This document shows positions 1 through 9,377 of a stretch of DNA of 54,493 nt, in pieces; position 1 is the stretch's first letter; each line of letters opens with the position of its first letter. Location: IMG/VR virus record IMGVR_UViG_3300042486_001633, one strand, 5' to 3'. The translations under genes and the position numbers were made by a program. Origin of the DNA: an uncultured virus (IMG/VR IMGVR_UViG_3300042486_001633) (lineage: Duplodnaviria; Heunggongvirae; Uroviricota; Caudoviricetes). The notes beneath the pieces were generated by a model that worked only from the letters and a program-made list of their open reading frames with translations, made no database searches and had not been told where the DNA came from.

Positions 1-1
1 T

Positions 2-283
2 ATTATAATCTATCCAACCCCAAGTTTGTTTCGCTTTCTCTACATCACCATCGTGATATTTGTGTACCCATAACCACTGTTCCCATTCATCATCAGTTCC
101 TTGCTGTGCTCTGAATCCCCACCATAACCATTCAAATCTATAATATGGTTCTAGTTCACAACGCGGAGAGTCATATTTATCTTTCCATAATAGTTCTCTT
201 AGGTGACTGTAATGCGGTTTCCATGTGAATGCATAATTTTTATACAAGTAAAATGTCCATTTCGGTTCCTTATATGTTGCCAT
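2..283 (-). CDS. hypothetical Trp-rich protein, truncated by window edge
   Basis: ATG at 283 overlaps the end of the upstream ORF. The frame reads MATYKEPKWTFYLYKNYAFTWKPH...WGWIDYN open to the edge. Not in the ORF track because it has no stop. Confidence 0.7.
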   Translation of the reverse strand, partial: MATYKEPKWTFYLYKNYAFTWKPHYSHLRELLWKDKYDSPRCELEPYYRFEWLWWGFRAQQGTDDEWEQWLWVHKYHDGDVEKAKQTWGWIDYN

Positions 284-695
284 CTTGATGTTTTATAAAA
301 TTTTTAAGTAATCCATCGATATTTTCTTTACCGACTGGATTGGCTGACTGTATATTATACAACGGTAAAGTCAATTGGTTAGCAATGCAGTAATCAACTA
401 ACCATTTTGCGCAATCCATTCCAGTCATCTCTTTCTGCTTTAGTTTCCTAGATTCACGTTTAGACATGCCCTTTTCCCTAGCTTTAAGCGCAACCTCCAT
501 TCCTAAGTCGTGGTCAAAACAGATTGCATCTGGCAATCCATTGAATTTAATCCAATCCACAAATTCTCGATAGGATTTTACCCAATATGCAGTATAAGGC
601 TGTTCAATTGGGCTAAATATTAGCCATGACCCACCGTCATTTTCAATGGGAGTAAAAGGATCTCGAATATCGTCTAACCATAGTAATCGTTTCAT
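270..695 (-). CDS. cyclic-phosphate-processing receiver-like domain protein
   Basis: Motifs LWLDDIRDP, ICFDHDLG, TGMDCAKWL and QSANPVG are typical of this stand-alone phage receiver family. Confidence 0.75.
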   Translation of the reverse strand: MKRLLWLDDIRDPFTPIENDGGSWLIFSPIEQPYTAYWVKSYREFVDWIKFNGLPDAICFDHDLGMEVALKAREKGMSKRESRKLKQKEMTGMDCAKWLVDYCIANQLTLPLYNIQSANPVGKENIDGLLKNFIKHQDGNI

Positions 696-949
696 ATTAT
701 AATTTTAGCAAATTTTTTGAAATGTTCAGGTCCATTATTATCAAAATGATCAATAATCTCAAACTCTACTTCTAGTCCTTCATTAGAGGCATACAACTTT
801 AGTCCATCTATATGACCATTGTCGATTAGAGGATATTGTCCAAAGCAATCTTCAGCAAATTTGGTACCCGGTACAGATGGGTTAGTCATATCATATTTGT
901 GATACTTTACCACCCAACCATCTATTGTTTTATGTAGTTTTCCCTTCAT
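692..949 (-). CDS. hypothetical protein
   Basis: 85-aa ORF coupled to both neighbours by overlaps. Confidence 0.65.
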   Translation of the reverse strand: MKGKLHKTIDGWVVKYHKYDMTNPSVPGTKFAEDCFGQYPLIDNGHIDGLKLYASNEGLEVEFEIIDHFDNNGPEHFKKFAKIII

Positions 950-1160
950 CTTTTATTTCGATTATTGTTTCTAATGTAGATGCTAATAGTTCGGAATAGA
1001 CTTCCTCAAGTTTGTAAGCAAGTCTGAGTTTATTACTTTCGGTTACCTTTTCCAATAACTCAACCTCTTGCTCGGCCAGGATACCCTTGCCTAACCCCCA
1101 GTCTGGAAGTTTTGACTCGTCTTTTGCTTTAACTTTTATTTTTACAATTACTGTATGCAT
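930..1160 (-). CDS. hypothetical protein
   Basis: 76-aa ORF starting 2 nt after the glycosylase stop. Confidence 0.65.
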   Translation of the reverse strand: MHTVIVKIKVKAKDESKLPDWGLGKGILAEQEVELLEKVTESNKLRLAYKLEEVYSELLASTLETIIEIKDEGKTT

Positions 1161-1162
1161 AA

Positions 1163-1945
1163 TTATTTACACTGGGATTGATAATACCAAAAAGTTCGAC
1201 CGTTTTTATCAACAATAGATCGGTCAGATCTGCCATAACACTTAATCCAAGAATTAAATCCATCTGGTGGAACATCGAATGGATTGGACCAGTCTTTAAG
1301 CTGACCTCCTCCAATAAGATAGGCTTCAAATGGAATAGTACTACATAATCTTAGGATTTCTGGATTATTAGTAAGAGCGGTACGAGCCTCCTCGAAGGGA
1401 TCCTGATTTGCCCTGTATAATATTTCAGCACGTAAATAATTTCCTATACCATTGAAATAGCGTTGATCCATGAGCACAAGATGAATTGGCTTGCTAAATG
1501 CTTTTTTACTAAAGGATTGGCAGATATTTTCCTTAAATTGGTCAAATTGGGTAACTGGGCAGGGTCCTCGATTTGGCGACCAGCCTGTGCTCCATTTCCA
1601 TTTGGCAAAACGACGAGCATCTACCAGACATAGTGAATTACCCGAAACCGTTCTAAATTTAAGGTGAGTGTGCTTTGGAGCAGTCCAGCCTTTATATAGA
1701 ACCCAGTGACCAGACATGCCCATTGAGACAGATAGTTGATATTTGTCAATGCCTGAAGTTAGAGTTAAGAGTAGTTCTTTACCTCTAGACTCAGCCGAAA
1801 TATCAAATATCTGTAGTTCAGTCGGCTGGACCAAAGAAAGTCTTTTTGCAACCTCCGGTGAAACACCGATGCTTGTAAAGTCTTCACCGTGACATACATT
1901 GTTGATGTATTCTGACATTATTTTTATCTCTGCTAATTCTGGCAT
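1163..1945 (-). CDS. nei: Fpg/Nei family DNA glycosylase/AP lyase, NEIL1-like (zincless finger)
   Basis: Catalytic N-terminal MPELAE, SRGKEL, MGMSG, H2TH motif DQRYFNGIGNYLRAEILY, and C-terminal DKNGRTFW with no Cys4 zinc finger. Confidence 0.92.
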   Translation of the reverse strand: MPELAEIKIMSEYINNVCHGEDFTSIGVSPEVAKRLSLVQPTELQIFDISAESRGKELLLTLTSGIDKYQLSVSMGMSGHWVLYKGWTAPKHTHLKFRTVSGNSLCLVDARRFAKWKWSTGWSPNRGPCPVTQFDQFKENICQSFSKKAFSKPIHLVLMDQRYFNGIGNYLRAEILYRANQDPFEEARTALTNNPEILRLCSTIPFEAYLIGGGQLKDWSNPFDVPPDGFNSWIKCYGRSDRSIVDKNGRTFWYYQSQCK

Positions 1946-2002
1946 ATTGTTAAAATTGATCTATCTCTAATAAACAATACTAAAAAAATCCTACAACATA
2001 AA

Positions 2003-2012
2003 GATAAATAAT
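2003..2012 (+). promoter_or_regulatory. putative late promoter (GATAAATAAT)
   Basis: T4 TATAAATA-like element 18 nt before the ATG at 2031. Recurs at similar spacing before other structural genes. Confidence 0.6.
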
Positions 2013-2030
2013 AAAAAAATCTAGGACAAA

Positions 2031-2261
2031 ATGAGTAATCCTGTAATGAACTACAATCAATTCATGTCAGCTTTCAAAAAAGCAGCTGCTGGATACAGTG
2101 GAAAAGCTAATGTAGCAGACAAAAGCGCTACTGGTACTGCAAAAGTTAAACAAGAATTGGCAGAAGGACCTGTTAAAGGTAAAGGCACTCCTCACATTGA
2201 CAAATACACTAAAGAGTATTTAAGCACTGTGAAGAAGAAGAACGTAGTTAGCTCTAAATAA
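2031..2261 (+). CDS. small basic hypothetical protein, probably late/virion
   Basis: 76 aa, Lys/Ala-rich, first gene after the late-type promoter. Confidence 0.7.
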   Translation: MSNPVMNYNQFMSAFKKAAAGYSGKANVADKSATGTAKVKQELAEGPVKGKGTPHIDKYTKEYLSTVKKKNVVSSK

Positions 2262-2272
2262 TTCACTTATAC

Positions 2273-2530
2273 ATGAATAAAGCAATTGAGAGCTTTAATA
2301 AGTTCGCTCTGTACGAAAAGAAGGGAGACCTTAAAAAATTAGTCGGTAAAGAAGACGACGAAGAACTTACTGTAAATGATGCAAAGAAACTTGGAGTTAA
2401 AATTGCAAACATGGACGGTGAGGACAAGAAAAAGTATGTCGGAATTATTAACTTTTTAGGGGCTTCATGTAATATCTACAACGAGATTTGGAAGAATTAC
2501 AAAAGAACAAGAGACCGTAAACAAGCGTAA
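2273..2530 (+). CDS. hypothetical protein, probably late/virion
   Basis: 85-aa ORF in the same operon. N-terminus IESFNKFALYE. Confidence 0.7.
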   Translation: MNKAIESFNKFALYEKKGDLKKLVGKEDDEELTVNDAKKLGVKIANMDGEDKKKYVGIINFLGASCNIYNEIWKNYKRTRDRKQA

Positions 2531-3342
2531 TGACTAAACTTTTTGAAAAATATGGTGACGAAGCTAGTGCAAAGGACGGAGGTTTCGTCTTTCAAGCTAT
2601 TGTTAGTCACGATGTAAAATGGGAAATTGATAATGGTGAAACTAAGATTGATCCTAAAAAAATTAATTGTGTTCTTCACCAAGTCGATGTTTTCCCAGAC
2701 ATGAAGTTTAAGGAAGGTTATGCTACCTCTTCGTATGTTATCTTAAGTGAAGTTAATATCTTAAAGAGAAAATTCGAATTGGCCAGTGAAGCACTTAAGA
2801 AAAGACTTAAACCAGAATATGGAGTTGAGCTCTTAAATCTTGTTAGCTCTGGAACTGGAATATCAGCAGTTAAAATAAAGGAATTAAACGAAAAGCATTT
2901 TAAAAATACTTATTTCGAAGCTTCCCTAACGACTGACCATATTGTGCTAAGAGAAGTTTCAACTAGTGGTTTAAATTCAGGTCGTCCTCAAATCACCTTA
3001 AAACTTTCTACTGGAATGGTCGATACCTTAGACGGTCAACCTACTGGAACATGGGATAAATTTAAAGTGACAGTAGACGGAACTACTTCAATTAGTTTAG
3101 ACAATTCTGGAGACGAGCCGATTTCTCGTATAAAGGAAAGAGACGATGTTGAAAATATTGAAGATATCGTTTTTAGAACAATTGTGCCGTCTCTGATTTT
3201 GGAATTCACTGGAGAATCGGTTGCAATCGATACGTATTCTCATAGATCTACCATGGTTTCAGCAGGAGCAGCAGTAGATTATGATAATCTTTTTACAATT
3301 GAAGATACAACAAAAGATGCAGAGGTCAAACCTACTGCTTAA
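2530..3342 (+). CDS. hypothetical protein, probably late/virion
   Basis: 270-aa ORF with TAATG coupling, directly upstream of the tail tube gene. Confidence 0.75.
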   Translation: MTKLFEKYGDEASAKDGGFVFQAIVSHDVKWEIDNGETKIDPKKINCVLHQVDVFPDMKFKEGYATSSYVILSEVNILKRKFELASEALKKRLKPEYGVELLNLVSSGTGISAVKIKELNEKHFKNTYFEASLTTDHIVLREVSTSGLNSGRPQITLKLSTGMVDTLDGQPTGTWDKFKVTVDGTTSISLDNSGDEPISRIKERDDVENIEDIVFRTIVPSLILEFTGESVAIDTYSHRSTMVSAGAAVDYDNLFTIEDTTKDAEVKPTA

Positions 3343-3374
3343 TCAAATAAATAAAATAAAATAATCACAATAAA

Positions 3375-3944
3375 ATGGCCGGTTTACCACATTGGGATAA
3401 TTCAAGAGCAGCAACAAATTATTACGAACCTGTTTTCTTAAACCAGTTCGAAGTAGTTATTACACCTCCTGCAAGCATTACAGATAATGTTGACTTACTA
3501 GTTGAGCACGTTATGGAGATCAAAGGTTTGCCAGAGTTAACTGCACCTGAGACTGTTACTCAAACTTATAAGTTTGCAAAACGTTCTTACTCTGGAGCAA
3601 TTCCAAAAGAGACAATTGCAGATTTAGGTATTAAGTTTTCTGTCAACTTAAATGAAGAAAATAATATGTATATCTATAACATCTTAAGAGGATGGTTTGA
3701 TCTTGCATACGATCCATTGACTGGCAGACAAGGGTTAAAGAAAGACTACTATGGTCAAATTTACGTAGCAGTATTCAATAAAGCTGGTGATATTTTCAGA
3801 GAGTTTAGATTTACTCCATGTATTCCAAACGGCGGGTTAACTCCAATGGACTTAAACTATACTGCAAATGGTCTATATGAAGTTACTGCTACATTTAGAG
3901 CAGATGCTTGGAAAGAAACTCGTATTGGAGAAATCCGCGTTTAA
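3375..3944 (+). CDS. gp19: tail tube protein (T4 gp19-like)
   Basis: 189 aa with YEPVFLNQFEV, GWFDLAYDPLTG.QGLKKDY and a terminal beta strand, typical of myophage tail tubes. AATAAATAAA lies at 3346-3355. Confidence 0.75.
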   Translation: MAGLPHWDNSRAATNYYEPVFLNQFEVVITPPASITDNVDLLVEHVMEIKGLPELTAPETVTQTYKFAKRSYSGAIPKETIADLGIKFSVNLNEENNMYIYNILRGWFDLAYDPLTGRQGLKKDYYGQIYVAVFNKAGDIFREFRFTPCIPNGGLTPMDLNYTANGLYEVTATFRADAWKETRIGEIRV

Positions 3945-3963
3945 TAAAAATACTATTATAGAA

Positions 3964-4836
3964 ATGGAAATGTTTAATGTACATCGTCGAGATATTATGA
4001 GTTTTGATAACTACATGGATCTTAAAAAACCGGGATTCGGTGGACCTAGCTCTGCAAAAATGTACCGTGATAAAAGCGGTAAAAAGGTAAATGATAATCC
4101 AAAATTAGATGGATTTCAAAGAGTGGTAGATCGCCACCCAGCGTTTAAGCATGAGGTGTATAACCCTACCTACAAAGCCATGAGCAATGATCTTGTATAT
4201 AAGCAAGAAAAGAAGAAACCAATGAACTATCCTGATTCTTACGATCACATGGGTATTCCAGTAGTAATGGTTGGAAAGGCTGCAAACGAAGGACTGTCGC
4301 ATACTTCATTTAAACAATTCGTTAATGAATATTATGACCAAGCAGAGTCAATGGGAGTAAATCCAGATGATGCGACTAAAATGGGATTACGTGGAAAAAG
4401 CGATGGTGATGCAATCGGCGATGCTGAAGATAAGTTAATGCAAGCACGAATTGATTTTGATAGCTTTTATAGAAGCAAAGACGGATCTCGAGTAGATTAT
4501 CTAGATGCAGATGGTGATTTGGTTGCTTTTGTTGATGTTAAAGCAAGAAAGTTGTACATTATGCCAGATGCTCCAGTAATGGATGACACGAAATACAAAA
4601 AGATCTTTGAACCAAACTCAAGCGAACCAACTGAGGACATGGAAGATTGGGAAGAAGATACTGACGGTGGAGAAGATGACTTCTATAGATTTAACGAACC
4701 TCGTGAAAAAGAAGAAGACGAATTTGAAGAAGAGGAAGAAGAAGCTCCAACAGATACGACTAGTGTAAAAGCGGCTGAAAGATTGTTAAAATCTTTTGAG
4801 ACTGAAGAAGACGAAGAGGAAGAAGACGAATACTAA
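3964..4836 (+). CDS. hypothetical protein with highly acidic C-terminus
   Basis: Track ORF 3868..4836. The start was moved to ATG 3964, after the tail tube stop. The C-terminal ~70 aa are D/E-rich. Confidence 0.75.
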   Translation: MEMFNVHRRDIMSFDNYMDLKKPGFGGPSSAKMYRDKSGKKVNDNPKLDGFQRVVDRHPAFKHEVYNPTYKAMSNDLVYKQEKKKPMNYPDSYDHMGIPVVMVGKAANEGLSHTSFKQFVNEYYDQAESMGVNPDDATKMGLRGKSDGDAIGDAEDKLMQARIDFDSFYRSKDGSRVDYLDADGDLVAFVDVKARKLYIMPDAPVMDDTKYKKIFEPNSSEPTEDMEDWEEDTDGGEDDFYRFNEPREKEEDEFEEEEEEAPTDTTSVKAAERLLKSFETEEDEEEEDEY

Positions 4837-4958
4837 AGTTCAACTTCACGCTTATCTCCACTAGGCATTGAATAAACTAATTTCTTAGGAGTCACTAAAT
4901 AAGACTCATTTTTAAAAAGGTCAGCATAACGTTGACCTTTTCCTTTTTTGATATATCC
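4833..4958 (-). pseudogene. C-terminal remnant of a probable 2H-phosphoesterase gene
   Basis: Reads GYIKKGKGQRYADLFKNESYLVTPKKLVYSMPSGDKREVEL* with no upstream start codon in frame. Resembles the region after the second HxT motif of phage 2H proteins (recognition from memory). Confidence 0.45.
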
Positions 4959-5050
4959 GAATTTACACCTTTTGCAGGATTGATATTATCATCATGCGCT
5001 ATTTTCCAATTAGAATCATCTACCGATTCTACTATAGATCCTATTTTCAT
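4895..5050 (-). CDS. 51-aa ORF, probably a truncated or chimeric fragment
   Basis: ATGA-coupled to the GH73-like gene. Reads MKIGSIVESVDDSNWKIAHDD... and runs out of frame into the 2H remnant. Confidence 0.35.
   Translation of the reverse strand: MKIGSIVESVDDSNWKIAHDDNINPAKGVNSDISKKEKVNVMLTFLKMSLI
4915..4941 (+). terminator. possible intrinsic terminator
   Basis: Hairpin AAAAGGTCAGC-ataac-GTTGACCTTTT followed by a T-rich tract, between convergent genes. Confidence 0.45.
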
Positions 5051-5448
5051 TCTAAATTAATTTTAATTCTCTTTAAATAGTCGGTATAACCTGTTTCTTT
5101 TGGATGATGCTTTTTTCCTGTTTTATAACCTCTCCATCTTAAAAAATGATAATAATCACATTCTGTATTATTATTATGCTCTTCTTTAACATGGTTGGTA
5201 AAATGTGTATCTTGCCAATTTTTTAAATAGTCAATACATTCTTTCCAATGTTTAAATCCAGGATTAGGATTCCAACCACACAGGTTATTACCTCCATATT
5301 TTAACCATCCTGTTTCAAGGACAATTACTTTTAAATGTATTTCTGGATAAATACATTCTTTTTCAACCATATAATCATATATTTCTTTAAGTTTAGGTTG
5401 GCTATATATATTTGCTTGTATTACTATTAAAAATATTAATTTTTTCAT
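5047..5448 (-). CDS. putative GH73/glucosaminidase-like peptidoglycan hydrolase
   Basis: Hydrophobic N-terminus, then VIVLETGW...NNLCG, F.HWKECI and YYHFL..RGY, matching lysozyme-fold GH73 motifs. Confidence 0.6.
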   Translation of the reverse strand: MKKLIFLIVIQANIYSQPKLKEIYDYMVEKECIYPEIHLKVIVLETGWLKYGGNNLCGWNPNPGFKHWKECIDYLKNWQDTHFTNHVKEEHNNNTECDYYHFLRWRGYKTGKKHHPKETGYTDYLKRIKINLE

Positions 5449-5455
5449 AAACTTT

Positions 5456-5569
5456 TTAATTTAGTTGATTTTGAGGCATATTGTAATGCACCATTGCACA
5501 TCCGTAATCGTAGGTGCTTTTTGAAGACTCATTTAGGGATTTTACCCAAGCAGAAAAGATTTTAATTAT
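5456..5569 (-). pseudogene. N-terminal remnant of a probable 2H-phosphoesterase gene
   Basis: Begins with ATA 2 nt after the upstream stop and reads IIKIFSAWVKSLNESSKSTYDYGCAMVHYNMPQNQLN*. Confidence 0.45.
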
Positions 5570-5571
5570 GC

Positions 5572-5970
5572 TTATATTTTTATTTTAGTTAATTTGTCAA
5601 TTATATTAATTTGAGGTTCGTCTAGAGATTTAGACTCAATTAAAAAGTAAGAAAAGGCAAGTTCTGAATATTCTTCTTCTACAAAATCAATTGTATTTAG
5701 GATAATTGACGCAGACAAGTTAGAATTTAGATAAACTACTCGACGATACTTTTTGTTTTTAATATTGATTGCCTTATCTAATAATTTCTTAATCTCATAA
5801 TTGAGAAGAAAAGACTGTACTTTATTAGGCACAATAAACTTAGTATTGAATTTGTCTTTGATAATTTTACTAACGTTCAATACATAATCTTCCTTGTTCT
5901 TTTTTTCAAAAGCACTAATAAAATTCTTGTATTCTTTAACGAAAACTATTGAAACTTGGCGGTCTTCCAT
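5572..5970 (-). CDS. hypothetical protein
   Basis: 132-aa ORF directly downstream of dCMP deaminase. Confidence 0.75.
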   Translation of the reverse strand: MEDRQVSIVFVKEYKNFISAFEKKNKEDYVLNVSKIIKDKFNTKFIVPNKVQSFLLNYEIKKLLDKAINIKNKKYRRVVYLNSNLSASIILNTIDFVEEEYSELAFSYFLIESKSLDEPQINIIDKLTKIKI

Positions 5971-5971
5971 A

Positions 5972-6391
5972 TTATATGTCTAATTTTAAAATATCGACTC
6001 CAGCTTCTCGTAAGATAACTAGTCCGGCAACATCTCGATATTCTTCGCCGTAAATGACTCTCTTGATTCCAGACTGAACTATAAGTTTAGAACAGTCTTT
6101 ACATGGAGAGTAAGTTACGTACAAGGTTGCTCCGTCTGTACTTTGAGAAGATTTTGCAACCTTTAAGATAGCATTAGCTTCAGCATGTAAAACATACCAA
6201 TACGTATTGCCATTTGCGTCTTCACAGTCGTTTGGAAAACCTTTTGGTGTACCGTTAAATCCGTCTGAGATAATCATTCCGTCTTTTACGATAATTGCAC
6301 CAACTTTTTTGCGACTACAACAAGAGAGTGTTGACCACTCCATTGCCATCTTTAAATAAGTCTTGTGATATTTTAAATCTTTTTGAGTCAT
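5972..6391 (-). CDS. cd: dCMP deaminase
   Basis: HAEANA and SPCKDC zinc motifs, plus KVGAIIVKD..IISDGFNGTP. Confidence 0.95.
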   Translation of the reverse strand: MTQKDLKYHKTYLKMAMEWSTLSCCSRKKVGAIIVKDGMIISDGFNGTPKGFPNDCEDANGNTYWYVLHAEANAILKVAKSSQSTDGATLYVTYSPCKDCSKLIVQSGIKRVIYGEEYRDVAGLVILREAGVDILKLDI

Positions 6392-6582
6392 TCTTTTTTA
6401 TCGCTAACTGGTTGAGTAAATAGGAGCACAGAAATTGTAGAAATTCCTAGCCATTGCACATAAGTAATCTGCACATCGAATACTTCTTCAAGAGTACAAA
6501 TCTTAAATGCTAAAAAACAGATTAATGCCGTTAATAAAACTGTGATTAATCTAGTGGTGAAAGGTTTAATGTATTTTATCAT
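6388..6582 (-). CDS. small membrane protein (two hydrophobic segments)
   Basis: 64 aa with LITVLLTALICFLAF and WLGISTISVLLF. Confidence 0.6.
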   Translation of the reverse strand: MIKYIKPFTTRLITVLLTALICFLAFKICTLEEVFDVQITYVQWLGISTISVLLFTQPVSDKKE

Positions 6583-6583
6583 C

Positions 6584-7447
6584 TTATTTTATATTTGAAC
6601 AAATCCACTTAAATAAAGGATCTGCGAATAATTCATGATCGTCTTGAGTGTTATGGAATAACACATTAAGTTCTGAAGTTGGTGTGCCGCTTGTAGTAAT
6701 TAAATTATTGCCTATGCTTGGAATTTCTTCTCTTGTAAAATCACAAGCTAACATTTTTTCTACTGCATCAAAATGATGTTCGTAGATATGGAATGAATTT
6801 GCGATATGCGTATATGAACCAAGTTCAAGAGCAGGATATGTAGATTTTAAGTGAGTATGCAATTGACTCTGTAAGATTGCAAAAAATGCGATATCAGTAG
6901 GCAGACCCCAAATAACATCGTTGCTTCGCATTGAAACTGTGAAGTTAAGTTTATTATCTCGGATTTGGAAGATTCCATACATCGTGCATACAAAATCTTT
7001 ATTTGTAGTATACTGATGCTCTGGTAAATTAAAATGAAGAATCGCTTGACGAGAATCTTTATCTTTAACTAGGGAATTATATGCCCATTCATATTGAGTA
7101 TGACCAAATCGGTTTTTATTGGTAAAAAGCAAATTGCCATATGACGAATTAACAGTACCGTCCTCGTTTTGGATTGATTCCCAAAACTTTGCGTATTTTT
7201 TAATATATTCAACATCATTTCTTCCCATAAAATACCATATCAATTCTGCGGCAATGTATTTTCGCTGAGACGATCTAGAATCATTAGAATAGAGACAAGA
7301 AAGAGGATTTTCTAAAACTAGAGCAACATTCGTGTTTTCTCTGATCTTTAAATCCCTAGGCTTAGTTTCATATTCAGGATTTCGCATCAAGTCAGCTAAA
7401 CTTGACTGATATAGAGTTGAAAAATCTTCAGCTTGGTATACTTTCAT
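6584..7447 (-). CDS. thymidylate synthase superfamily protein, dCMP hydroxymethylase (T4 gp42)-like
   Basis: Motifs VNSSYG, DSRQA, DFVCT (catalytic Cys), [13 protein letters not shown] and SFHIY. The start was moved from 7573 to ATG 7447, which follows a promoter motif. Confidence 0.85.
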   Translation of the reverse strand: MKVYQAEDFSTLYQSSLADLMRNPEYETKPRDLKIRENTNVALVLENPLSCLYSNDSRSSQRKYIAAELIWYFMGRNDVEYIKKYAKFWESIQNEDGTVNSSYGNLLFTNKNRFGHTQYEWAYNSLVKDKDSRQAILHFNLPEHQYTTNKDFVCTMYGIFQIRDNKLNFTVSMRSNDVIWGLPTDIAFFAILQSQLHTHLKSTYPALELGSYTHIANSFHIYEHHFDAVEKMLACDFTREEIPSIGNNLITTSGTPTSELNVLFHNTQDDHELFADPLFKWICSNIK

Positions 7448-7463
7448 ATTTTGCTTTCTATTT

Positions 7464-7489
7464 TTATACACAAGACTGTGTCGAAAGTT
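7464..7489 (-). promoter_or_regulatory. bipartite early/middle promoter AACTTT-N14-GTATAA
   Basis: 16 nt upstream of ATG 7447. One of at least 6 similar copies. Confidence 0.6.
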
Positions 7490-7529
7490 TTTATTTTTGA
7501 ATAAATATAATAAACACTTACTGACTTTA

Positions 7530-9359
7530 GTGGCAACTACCTCAATATACCCTTTAATTGATTTTTCTACCATCGACTACGATAAAATACCAGTTGGGAC
7601 ATTCCTAATTGGGTTCGATTCGAATAATTTAGGTTATTTGTCTAAAATGGATCATTTTGGAAACATTATTGTTCTTGAAGGTGGAGGAGGTGGAGGAGGG
7701 CCACAAGGACCGCAGGGTCCACAGGGAACTCAGGGTAATCAAGGTCCGCAAGGACCAGCTGGTAACCAGGGCCCGCAAGGTCCACAGGGTACTCAAGGTC
7801 CACAGGGAGACCAAGGTACTCAAGGTCCACAGGGAGACCAAGGTACTCAAGGTCCACAAGGACCAGCTGGTAATCAAGGCCCGCAAGGTCCACAGGGAGA
7901 CCAAGGTACTCAAGGTCCACAGGGAGACCAAGGTACTCAAGGTCCACAAGGAGACCAGGGTACTCAAGGTCCACAAGGAGACCAAGGAGCACAAGGTCCA
8001 CAGGGAGACCAAGGTACTCAAGGTCCACAAGGAGACCAGGGTACTCAAGGTCCACAGGGAGACCAAGGTCCACAAGGTCCACAGAGTACTCCTACACCAT
8101 TAGGATATTATGGAGCTTGGCAGACAGATACAACACAAACTGCTGCTGCTAGTAATGTGGGATACCCTATGAGATTTGAAATAGCTGATATTACTCCAAA
8201 TGGTATATCAATTGTTAATAATGGAAGTGGTGATCCTACAAGAATAACATTTGCAAATACAGGTATATATAACATACAGTTTAGTTCTCAGTTTCAAAAT
8301 ATTGATAATGCAGAACATAACGTAACTATTTGGTTGAGGCTAAATGGAACAGATGTAACAGGGTCATCAGGATTTGTTCAAATTCCAAAAAGAAGAGCAG
8401 CAGGTGTAGGAAATGAAGGACATGTAATAACAAGTTGGAATTATGTACTAAGTGTTGTAGCAGGACAATATTATGAATTAGTTTGGAGTACAAACAACCA
8501 CACTAATGTAACTATGCAGTTCTATGCAGCAGGTTCTCCTCCACCTTCTGCTGCATCAGTTATTATGACAGTTACCCAACAGTCAGGAATTATGGCAGGA
8601 ACAGGTATAACTGCTATTAATTCTCTTACGGGTGCATCACAAACAATAGTTACAGGTACAAGTGGAACTGACTTTGCAGTTAGTTCTGTTGGAACTACTC
8701 ATACATTAAATTTACCTACTGCATCTGCTACTAATAGAGGTGTATTAAGTTCTACAGATTGGAGTACATTTAATGGAAAACAAAATGCATTAGGATATAT
8801 CCCTCTAAACCCTACTAATAATCTAAGTGATTTAACAAGTGTTTCAGTTGCTAGAGCAAATTTAGGTTTAACTTTTTTATTACCTATAATAAATCAAGGG
8901 GCAGATGGAACGGTAATAACAGGAACTACAGCTGAATCGGTTACTTATGCTGAACTAATAAATAGTTCGCTTATCACGGATAATCTTTCATTAGATTCAT
9001 CTTTTAAAATAGAAAAAACAGGAAGTGGTGGAGCTATAACATTAAAAATGTATATAAATTCTACTCCTAATTTATCTGGCAGTCCTATATTAGTTTTTCA
9101 AAGTACTGCATTAGGTGCTACTACAAGAAATGCAACAGTCCAAAGATACATCAATATTAAAAAGAAAGATGGTACAGGTGCGGGAACTAGAATACTGCCA
9201 ACAAGTTCAACCTCATTGATAGATGTTGGGGTTTCATCTACTACAGCACCATCTACAATAACACCAGATTTTACAACAAATAAATATTTGGTAGTTTCAA
9301 TAACACTAGCAAATAGTGGTGATAGTGCATGGGGTGTTTTCTTAAAATTAAAACCATAA
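7530..9359 (+). CDS. collagen-like tail fibre / virion appendage protein
   Basis: 43 Gly-X-Y triplets, then a C1q/BclA-C-like beta domain and fibre-type repeats (NNLSDL...ARANLG). Likely start is GTG 7530, 20 nt after AATAAATATA (7500-7509); the track start is 7497. Confidence 0.8.
   Translation: MATTSIYPLIDFSTIDYDKIPVGTFLIGFDSNNLGYLSKMDHFGNIIVLEGGGGGGGPQGPQGPQGTQGNQGPQGPAGNQGPQGPQGTQGPQGDQGTQGPQGDQGTQGPQGPAGNQGPQGPQGDQGTQGPQGDQGTQGPQGDQGTQGPQGDQGAQGPQGDQGTQGPQGDQGTQGPQGDQGPQGPQSTPTPLGYYGAWQTDTTQTAAASNVGYPMRFEIADITPNGISIVNNGSGDPTRITFANTGIYNIQFSSQFQNIDNAEHNVTIWLRLNGTDVTGSSGFVQIPKRRAAGVGNEGHVITSWNYVLSVVAGQYYELVWSTNNHTNVTMQFYAAGSPPPSAASVIMTVTQQSGIMAGTGITAINSLTGASQTIVTGTSGTDFAVSSVGTTHTLNLPTASATNRGVLSSTDWSTFNGKQNALGYIPLNPTNNLSDLTSVSVARANLGLTFLLPIINQGADGTVITGTTAESVTYAELINSSLITDNLSLDSSFKIEKTGSGGAITLKMYINSTPNLSGSPILVFQSTALGATTRNATVQRYINIKKKDGTGAGTRILPTSSTSLIDVGVSSTTAPSTITPDFTTNKYLVVSITLANSGDSAWGVFLKLKP
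7698..8084 (+). repeat. collagen-coding tandem repeat (9-nt units, 27-nt higher-order GPQGDQGTQ)
   Basis: Near-identical CAAGGTCCACAGGGAGACCAAGGTACT units over 387 nt, equal to 43 triplets. Confidence 0.95.
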
Positions 9360-9377
9360 TTTAGACACACCTAAACT

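Noticed and set aside
7448..7573. N-terminal extension of the TS homolog in the track (similar cases at 3868, 18440, 33762, 40916 and 43229)
   Set aside because: The extensions overlap neighbouring genes or promoter motifs. Downstream starts give clean gene packing.
7629..8103. Three repetitive alternative-frame ORFs (7629-8075, 7657-8103, 7666-8082) and a CRISPR-like look
   Set aside because: They are shadows of the collagen codon repeat. The units are contiguous with no unique spacers, and no cas genes are present.
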